From Cryomorphaceae bacterium (GTDB taxonomy: Bacteria > Bacteroidota > Bacteroidia > Flavobacteriales > Schleiferiaceae), in assembly GCA_003566715.1 (NCBI GenBank), contig PXCF01000139.1, positions 18,275 to 82,274 of the forward strand: a stretch of 64,000 bases of DNA. The letters run 5' to 3'. Below are positions 57,382 to 64,000 of the stretch, one piece after another. A model generated the notes under the pieces. It saw only the letters and a list, made by a program, of their open reading frames with translations. It was not told the origin of the DNA and did no database searches. Made by a program: the position numbers and the translations under genes. Every line of letters begins with the position of its first letter. Position 1 is the stretch's first letter.

Positions 57382-58803
57382 CTAAGGTTTTTCATCAGAT
57401 TGAAGAATATGGGGACCTTTTTCTTTCATAAATGCCATAGCCGCATCGTAGTCGTTGTGAATCTCACCATCGAGAATGGCTTCTTTGATGGCGCTTTTGA
57501 TGAGGCCAACTTCTCTTCCCGGCGGCAGATTAAATGCATCCATAATTTCTTTGCCGCTGATGGGGGGCTGCCAATTTCTCAGTTTATCCTCCTCTTCTAC
57601 TTTCACCAAACGCTCACGTACTTCACGGAAATTGTTAAGATACTTTCGTTTTCTGCGTTCGTTTTTTGTTGTAATATCGGCTTCCACCAACAGCATCAGA
57701 TCATCTATGTCATCACCGGCATCAAACAACAAACGGCGAACAGCTGAGTCGGTTACATTCTCGTTGGTTAATGCGGTGGGTCTGCTACTCATGGCTACCA
57801 TTTTTTGCACGTATTTACTGGTGCTACCCAATGGAAGTTTGAGTCGTTTAAATATTCGAGGCACCATTTTTCCGCCCAAGAATTCGTGTCCATGAAAAGT
57901 CCAGCCGACTTTACTGTCAAACTTCTTGACGACGGGCTTCCCGATGTCGTGGAGTAAAGCAGCCCAGCGAAGCCATAGGTTTTCGGTGTTTTTACTGATG
58001 TTGTCGACGACTTCAATGGTGTGGTAGAAGTTGTCTTTGTGCAGTTGTCCTTCCACTTCTTCCACGCCTTGCAGGGCGTTAATTTCGGGAAGAAAATAGG
58101 GAAGTAGTCCAGTTTCAAAGAGTAGTGCCAGGCCTTCTGATGGTCGTTCACAAGTCATGATTTTGTTGAACTCGGTCATAATGCGTTCTACCGATACGAT
58201 GTGAAGACGGTCGGCATTTTTTCTGATGGCTGCCAGTGTTTTGGGGTGGATGGTGAAGTGCAATTGTGCTGCAAAGCGAATGGCGCGCATCATCCGCAAG
58301 GGGTCATCGGAGAAGGTGATATCCGGATCTAATGGCGTTTGAATAATTTCGTTTTCCAAATCGGTCAACCCATTAAACGGATCGATTAGCTCTCCAAAAC
58401 CGTCATTGTTAAGCCGCACAGCCAAGGCATTGATGGTGAAGTCTCTTCGGCGTTGGTCGTCTTCTAGCGTACCGTCTTCAACGGTTGGTTTGCGGCTGTC
58501 GGCGCGGTAAGACTCTTTTCGGGCGCCCACAAACTCCAATTCTATATCGTTGTGGCGGAGCATGGCGGTTCCAAAGCGCTTAAAAACGGTTACTTTTGGT
58601 TTTTTGGGTAGGGCTTCAGACAGCTTTTCTGCCAGTTCAATGCCGCTACCTACCGCTACCACGTCAATGTCGTTGGGAAGTGGTCTTTTCAACATGAAGT
58701 CGCGCACATAGCCCCCCACCACATAGGCCTCCACCTTCATGGCGTCGGCAACATCCGAAATGGTTTTAAATATATCGTCAGAAATGATGTCTCTGCCTTT
58801 CAT
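57382..58803 (-). CDS. CCA tRNA nucleotidyltransferase with HD domain
   Basis: VGGYVRD, DIDV, RRDFTINALA, DDPLRMMRAIRF, ALLHDIGK. Start MKGRD at 58803. Confidence 0.93.
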   Translation of the reverse strand: MKGRDIISDDIFKTISDVADAMKVEAYVVGGYVRDFMLKRPLPNDIDVVAVGSGIELAEKLSEALPKKPKVTVFKRFGTAMLRHNDIELEFVGARKESYRADSRKPTVEDGTLEDDQRRRDFTINALAVRLNNDGFGELIDPFNGLTDLENEIIQTPLDPDITFSDDPLRMMRAIRFAAQLHFTIHPKTLAAIRKNADRLHIVSVERIMTEFNKIMTCERPSEGLALLFETGLLPYFLPEINALQGVEEVEGQLHKDNFYHTIEVVDNISKNTENLWLRWAALLHDIGKPVVKKFDSKVGWTFHGHEFLGGKMVPRIFKRLKLPLGSTSKYVQKMVAMSSRPTALTNENVTDSAVRRLLFDAGDDIDDLMLLVEADITTKNERRKRKYLNNFREVRERLVKVEEEDKLRNWQPPISGKEIMDAFNLPPGREVGLIKSAIKEAILDGEIHNDYDAAMAFMKEKGPHILQSDEKP

Positions 58804-58807
58804 TTTT

Positions 58808-59143
58808 TTAGCTTTTGCTAACATATACTGCGAATAACAGCACCATAATCAATATCCAGTACATCAATATATTCACACGTTTGATGCTACTTTTTTGTTC
58901 CTTGATTTCCTCGTTATCTCTATCATCAGTTTCTACCGGAAAGAATAAAGGATATAGCATCAAGGCTTCGTTGCGCAGCGGTTTATTAGCTGTGCTTTTC
59001 CAACATTCCCAGCGATTTAGGGGTCTTTTTTTCTTTTTTTGCAAATGCAATAATTCGTATTGCAGGGCCACTTTATAGGCGTAAACGACCAAAAGGACGA
59101 TTAGAAAAAGGGCAATGAAAATTGAAAAAACATGTTCCATCAT
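58808..59143 (-). CDS. Hypothetical membrane protein (2 TM)
   Basis: Hydrophobic N- and C-terminal helices, ends 4 bp before the CCA gene, -7 box upstream. Confidence 0.65.
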   Translation of the reverse strand: MMEHVFSIFIALFLIVLLVVYAYKVALQYELLHLQKKKKRPLNRWECWKSTANKPLRNEALMLYPLFFPVETDDRDNEEIKEQKSSIKRVNILMYWILIMVLLFAVYVSKS

Positions 59144-59151
59144 AACGTTGG

Positions 59152-59204
59152 CAAAAGTACGATGCAAGAATGCATTTCCCTACTGATTTGCCGTTGTACT
59201 TTTG
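59152..59204. promoter_or_regulatory. Back-to-back -7 promoter boxes (TACTTTTG on - at 59152-59159 and on + at 59197-59204)
   Basis: Both match TAnnTTTG. The + box reads TACTTTTG-CCGGA-ATG into tgt. Confidence 0.6.
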
Positions 59205-59209
59205 CCGGA

Positions 59210-60352
59210 ATGAACAAAACGATGACTTTTAACAAGGAAGCAGTAGACAAACATTCACGCGCAAGAGCCGGAGTGCTTCATACACCACACGGGGACATTC
59301 AGACGCCTATCTTTATGCCAGTTGGTACACTGGGAACGGTAAAAGCCATACCGCATCGCGATTTAGAAAATGATGTACGTGCACAGATCATACTTGGCAA
59401 TACCTATCACCTGATGCTTCGCCCGGGCATGGAGGTCATGCAAGAAGCCGGCGGACTTCATCGTTTTTCTTCCTGGAATAAGCCTCTGCTTACCGATAGT
59501 GGGGGGTATCAGGTTTACTCTTTAGCAGCCAATAGAAAGATTACCGAAGAGGGGGTGACGTTTCAGTCGCACATTGATGGCAGTAGGCATATGCTTAGTC
59601 CGGAGCGCTCGATGGATATCCAGCGTATCATTGGCGCCGATATTATTATGGCATTTGACGAATGCCCACCTTTTCCATGTACGGAAGATTACGCGCGTAA
59701 AAGCATGCATTTGACCCATCGTTGGTTGGATCGCAGTGTTGATCACTGGAAGAAAAACCCCGAAGCTTATGGTAAGCCACAAATGCTATTTCCCATAGTG
59801 CAAGGCAGTGTATTTCCTGAGCTAAGAAAGATTTCGGCCGAGTATATCGCCAATGTGGATGCACCCGGAAACGCCATCGGGGGGCTAAGTGTAGGAGAGC
59901 CGGCAGAGGACATGTATGCCATGTGTGATCTCGTTTGCGGTATTTTGCCAGAAGACAAGCCCCGTTATTTGATGGGGGTGGGTACCCCGGCCAATTTGTT
60001 GGAATGCGTGGCTTTAGGCGTAGATATGTTTGACTGTGTGATGCCGACAAGAAATGGGAGAAACGGAATGCTGTTTACCAAGAACGGCATAATCAATATC
60101 AGAAACAAGAAATGGCACAACGACCATACACCCATTGATCCCAATGGTGATAGTTATGTAGATGCAGTCTACAGTAAGGCCTACTTGCGTCACCTTTTTG
60201 CCGCTAACGAATTTTTAGGGAAATACATCGCTTCACTTCACAATTTGCGGTTTTACCTTTGGTTGATGGAAACTGCTCGTCAACATATTTTGGAAGGGAC
60301 GTTCGCCGAATGGAAGTCGGGCATCATTCCGTCGCTGCAAAATCGCTTATGA
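59210..60352 (+). CDS. tgt: tRNA-guanine transglycosylase
   Basis: TPIFMPVGT, LGNTYHL, TDSGGYQ, MAFDEC, GGLSVGE, PRYLMGVG, DMFDCVMPTR. Confidence 0.96.
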   Translation: MNKTMTFNKEAVDKHSRARAGVLHTPHGDIQTPIFMPVGTLGTVKAIPHRDLENDVRAQIILGNTYHLMLRPGMEVMQEAGGLHRFSSWNKPLLTDSGGYQVYSLAANRKITEEGVTFQSHIDGSRHMLSPERSMDIQRIIGADIIMAFDECPPFPCTEDYARKSMHLTHRWLDRSVDHWKKNPEAYGKPQMLFPIVQGSVFPELRKISAEYIANVDAPGNAIGGLSVGEPAEDMYAMCDLVCGILPEDKPRYLMGVGTPANLLECVALGVDMFDCVMPTRNGRNGMLFTKNGIINIRNKKWHNDHTPIDPNGDSYVDAVYSKAYLRHLFAANEFLGKYIASLHNLRFYLWLMETARQHILEGTFAEWKSGIIPSLQNRL

Positions 60353-61434
60353 TGTTTAAAATCGTCGATTGGTATATACTGCGGAAATTTTTAGGCACCT
60401 TTATCTTGGTGCTCGTTCTCATTATGTCTATCGCCGTGGTGTTCGACGTATCAGAACGAATTGAGGACTTTGTTACCAAGAATGCGCCTTTAAACGAGAT
60501 TGTCTTTAACTATTACCTCAACTTCGTCCTTTACTTCGGGAATCTGTTCAGTGCATTGATTGTTTTTATATCCACCATTTTGTTTACCTCACAAATGGCT
60601 AACCGCACAGAAATCGTGGCTATTTTAACCGGTGGGATGAGTTTTAGGCGCATGATGTGGCCGTATTTTATAGGTGCATTGATTATATCCGGAGGGAGTT
60701 ATGCACTGAATCACTACCTTATTCCGCAGACCAATGAAGTGCGTCTGGACTTTGATGCCAAGTACATTCACACCCATCAACGCACCAGTTATCGCAATAT
60801 CCACCGACAGATCTTACCCGGGGAAATGGTGTTTATGGAATCGTTTAACGTCAAGCGTGGGACGGGATATCGCTTTACTTATGAGCGGTTTGATGACCAA
60901 GTTCTCAAGGCAAAAATTTCCGGCGATTTTATTCGTTTTGATACAGTTTCACAAGGATGGAAATTAGATAATTATGTGATTCGATATATCGATGATATGG
61001 GTGAGGAACGATTAGAGCGTGGCAAGCGTTTGGACACCAATTTTGCCTTTTTACCCGAAGATTTAGCGCCCGGCGTATTCACCACCGAAACCATGACCAC
61101 GCCGGAATTAAAGAAATTGATCGAAGCAGAGCGCGTCAGGGGAGGGGAGACCATCAACACGTTTTTGATCGACTATTACAGTCGAAGCAGTTGGCCCGGC
61201 GCAACGTTTGTATTGGTCCTCATTGCTGTTACGCTCAGTTCGCGGAAAAAGCGAGGAGGACTTGGATTAAACATCGCCCTCGGATTGATCATTTGTGTGG
61301 TTTATATATTTTTCATGCAGATATCTACCACCTTTGCCACCAGTGGTAATTTGGAGCCTTGGTTGGCAGTATGGTTACCTAACTTTGTATTCACCGGCTT
61401 AGCCATTTATCTCTATCGCATTGCCCCTAAATGA
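60349..61434 (+). CDS. LptF/LptG family LPS export permease
   Basis: D.YILRKFL, EIVAIL.GG.S..R, GLGLNIA.G, P.LAVW.PN. ATGA overlap with tgt. Confidence 0.9.
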   Translation: MMFKIVDWYILRKFLGTFILVLVLIMSIAVVFDVSERIEDFVTKNAPLNEIVFNYYLNFVLYFGNLFSALIVFISTILFTSQMANRTEIVAILTGGMSFRRMMWPYFIGALIISGGSYALNHYLIPQTNEVRLDFDAKYIHTHQRTSYRNIHRQILPGEMVFMESFNVKRGTGYRFTYERFDDQVLKAKISGDFIRFDTVSQGWKLDNYVIRYIDDMGEERLERGKRLDTNFAFLPEDLAPGVFTTETMTTPELKKLIEAERVRGGETINTFLIDYYSRSSWPGATFVLVLIAVTLSSRKKRGGLGLNIALGLIICVVYIFFMQISTTFATSGNLEPWLAVWLPNFVFTGLAIYLYRIAPK

Positions 61435-62356
61435 GAATACCGCCCTAATGCGCATGCACATTGTTGTGTTTGTCTGGGGCTTTACCGCCATATTGGGTCG
61501 TTTGATCTCGCTAGACGCAGTGTCGCTGGTGTGGCACCGTATGCTGATTGCTGTTGCCGTGCTCATGGTTTACTTGATGGCGCGTAAAAAATTGCAGCCC
61601 TTGTCGCTGCGACAGTCGTTGCCGATATTGGCGGCCGGATTGGTCATTGCCGCGCACTGGATCACCTTTTTCTTGGCGATAAAAGTGGCCAATGTTTCCA
61701 TTACTTTGGCCATGATGTCAACGGCGGCATTGTTTACGTCGTTTCTTGAGCCACTGTTTTTTAAACGCAAAGTTGATGTGTTGGAAATTGGCCTGGGGGT
61801 GATTGTGGTGGGTGGTTTGTATATAATTTTCCGCGCCGATAGCACCCACTTTGTCGGTATGTTGATTGCCTTGGTGTCGGCTTTTTTGTCGGCCTTGTTT
61901 AGTGTAATCAATGGGAGGTTGATTACCAAACACCGCCCGACGACCATTACCACTTACGAATTGCTGGGCGGGGTTATTGGTATCACCATTTTTATGGTAG
62001 CTACCGGTAAATTTAATGCCGAATTGTTTGCATTGGGTCAGTGTACGGAAGGTGGATTTTGGGCGCTTTTGGGCGGCTATTGTGATTTGACTCTCCTATT
62101 GATTTTGGGAACCATTTGTACCGCATGGGCATTTATCGAATCCGTTGCGGTTATGAAATACCTCAGACCCTACACCGTTGTGCTGAGTATAAACATGGAG
62201 CCTGTGTACGGTATCATATTGGCTTTTTTGTTTTTTGGCGAAAGCGAGCGCATGGATCCCTTGTTTTATTTTGGAACGCTCATCATACTTTCGGCGTTGT
62301 TTACCGAGGCGATAGTGAAGCGGAGGAGGAAGCGGAGGGCGTCTTCAAATGATTAG
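61421..62356 (+). CDS. DMT/EamA family transporter
   Basis: WGFT.ILG.LI, HWITFF.AIK and N.EPVYGI.LA; about 10 TM helices. Confidence 0.9.
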   Translation: MPLNENTALMRMHIVVFVWGFTAILGRLISLDAVSLVWHRMLIAVAVLMVYLMARKKLQPLSLRQSLPILAAGLVIAAHWITFFLAIKVANVSITLAMMSTAALFTSFLEPLFFKRKVDVLEIGLGVIVVGGLYIIFRADSTHFVGMLIALVSAFLSALFSVINGRLITKHRPTTITTYELLGGVIGITIFMVATGKFNAELFALGQCTEGGFWALLGGYCDLTLLLILGTICTAWAFIESVAVMKYLRPYTVVLSINMEPVYGIILAFLFFGESERMDPLFYFGTLIILSALFTEAIVKRRRKRRASSND

Positions 62357-62458
62357 TAATTAAAATAATCGGGTTTAAATCTTGCGTTATATTCTGCTAA
62401 ATAAGAAGATAGCTTTATAATGTCATTTATCACATTTTGAATTTCTAGCCCCAGCATG

Positions 62459-62466
62459 TACATTTG
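62459..62466 (+). promoter_or_regulatory. -7 promoter box (TACATTTG), 7 nt before ATG
   Basis: TACATTTG-CTTATAC-ATG. Confidence 0.5.
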
Positions 62467-62473
62467 CTTATAC

Positions 62474-63208
62474 ATGCGTTTTATAATTCCACTACTTTTA
62501 TTCAGTGTATCGACACTCGCACAAAAATCTAAGCACTATATTGGGGTTAATTTAAATCCTTCTTTTACCAACGCTTGGATTACCGATGAATGGGGCAGAG
62601 AAGTTTTTTTAAATGACTTGGAAGTTGGTAGGGGGTTTATTGGCGGAAGTGTAGGTATTAGTGGGCTCATAGACCTTGGTTCGCGCTTAGATTTTCAAAT
62701 GGACATTCTGTACGGTGTTTATACGATAAGAGAGAAGTTTAAGCCTCGAAACGCAACTTTTCCAGACCTGGCTCCTGGCCCAACTTTTCAAAATATTAGA
62801 ATTGATGAGTATCATATGTTATCGATTCCCTTGTTGCTCAATTATTATTTAAATGACCCACGCGCCAAGTGGTCTTGGTATGTTTCGGGAGGCGTAAGGG
62901 GGCATGGATTAATCACAATATTTCGGCACTTCTATACGGATTTACATCTAACAAATGTAATGGGTTCCCCCATAGATATTCAAACGGGGAGATCAAAAAT
63001 AGAAGATGTTTATTTAGAAAATTACAGGCGATTAAACCTATCTGCTCAAGTAGGAATTGGTGTTGATTATCGCAAATCACAGCATCTGAAGTTTCGCTTA
63101 GCAACGAACTTTGAACATTTCTTATTAAAGACGTATAAAAACGATTTTTTTCGCCAAGGCTTTATTTATGCAATGGGGCTAAACCTCGGTATTTATTGGC
63201 GTCTATAA
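62474..63208 (+). CDS. Outer membrane beta-barrel protein (PorT/OmpA-like)
   Basis: Signal peptide, LSIPLLLNY and GLNLGIYWRL terminal strand. Start moved to MRFII. Confidence 0.75.
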   Translation: MRFIIPLLLFSVSTLAQKSKHYIGVNLNPSFTNAWITDEWGREVFLNDLEVGRGFIGGSVGISGLIDLGSRLDFQMDILYGVYTIREKFKPRNATFPDLAPGPTFQNIRIDEYHMLSIPLLLNYYLNDPRAKWSWYVSGGVRGHGLITIFRHFYTDLHLTNVMGSPIDIQTGRSKIEDVYLENYRRLNLSAQVGIGVDYRKSQHLKFRLATNFEHFLLKTYKNDFFRQGFIYAMGLNLGIYWRL

Positions 63209-63250
63209 TACCAATGATTTTATGTGGAGCCATCCATAACGACACAGGCA

Positions 63251-63472
63251 TTAACTCTCCTCCAAAAAGCGCTCAACAATCTCCTTGGCTTTTTCAAAAT
63301 CAGACGCCTTTACGTGGATGTCTACGTCGTTTTGCGATGTGCCGAAACCGGCCAGTCTTCCGGATTCTGTATTGTCTTTAATCATAAAAGGAATGCCACT
63401 TTCTTCTAGAATGGTTGCAATTCTATTGATGACGATTGAACTGTCGGACATTAACCGTATTAAATCACTCAT
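63251..63472 (-). CDS. DUF2007 putative signal-transducing protein
   Basis: LEESGI...IKD..ESGRLAGFG, V...D.EKA. Confidence 0.8.
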   Translation of the reverse strand: MSDLIRLMSDSSIVINRIATILEESGIPFMIKDNTESGRLAGFGTSQNDVDIHVKASDFEKAKEIVERFLEES

Positions 63473-63702
63473 GGCTATTTCTGTTTGGTTTAGACTCTGC
63501 GAATTGGTCTTTTGACATCCATCAACAAAACGACATAGGTTGTTCGTTGTAAATATACATCATTAAACGAAATCAATGACCAACGAAGAAACAAAGTTTA
63601 TTTCTTTGGTAATTCTGACTTGACTTTCCCGAATTTTTTAGTCATGTGAAATACGAGCTTTTATATGCACGAAAATGAATTGTTTTGCCGACGCTAAGCC
63701 AT

Positions 63703-63732
63703 AAAAAAAGCCCCATCAATAGATGAGGCTTT
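63703..63732 (-). terminator. Rho-independent terminator after queA
   Basis: Stem AAAGCCCCATC / GATGAGGCTTT with an A-run on +. Confidence 0.7.
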
Positions 63733-63737
63733 GCGCT

Positions 63738-64000
63738 TTACAAAATCAGCATGGCATCTCCATAACTGAGGAAACGGTACTTCTCTTTAATGGCTTCTTT
63801 GTATGCTTTGTTGAGCAATTCATATCCGGTAAAGGCCGCCGTCATCATTAAGATGGTTGATTGTGGCGGGTGGAAGTTGGTTACCAACGCATCGGCAATG
63901 GTAAAGTCGTGCGGCGGATAAATAAAGCGGTTGGTCCAGCCATCAAACTTCTTCAACTTATCTTCGGTGGTAATGGATGTCTCCAATGCACGCATGGTGG
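63738..64000 (-). CDS. queA: S-adenosylmethionine:tRNA ribosyltransferase-isomerase (3' part only)
   Basis: [35 protein letters not shown]. Confidence 0.93.
   Translation of the reverse strand, partial: TMRALETSITTEDKLKKFDGWTNRFIYPPHDFTIADALVTNFHPPQSTILMMTAAFTGYELLNKAYKEAIKEKYRFLSYGDAMLIL

Overview
This window looks like chromosomal backbone of a Bacteroidota bacterium, probably Flavobacteriales (inferred from the fused E1 alpha/beta dehydrogenase, fused SecDF, T9SS C-terminal domains and repeated TAnnTTTG -7 promoter boxes). It holds about 57 CDS, most of them housekeeping or envelope genes: proS, nusB, leucine dehydrogenase, lptD, mlaD, an amidase, lplA, pdxH, tatA, secDF, parE, a CCA-adding enzyme, tgt, lptF/G and part of queA. 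I see no rRNA, tRNA, CRISPR array, prophage or transposase. The most interesting content is: (1) a four-gene operon of UbiA prenyltransferase, type III PKS, SAM methyltransferase and FAD oxidoreductase (28.6-32.4 kb), predicted to make a prenylated phenolic lipid or quinone; (2) two diverged copies of a ~120-bp long-hairpin element with compensatory base changes, each directly after a stop codon (tatA and secDF); (3) a lipoprotein with a Met/Gly/Trp-rich prion-like segment and a long Arg/Ser/Gly tail, encoded next to a FadL-like barrel; (4) a protein that is almost only a T9SS type B CTD; (5) an FG-GAP propeller T9SS protein with an inserted domain; (6) an egtB-egtD ergothioneine pair; (7) a perfect FNR/CRP-like palindrome before a CBS gene; (8) REP-like and heptamer repeats; and (9) several apparently leaderless genes. 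All calls come from reading motifs by eye; no database search was run. Many start codons were moved downstream of the ORF-track starts.
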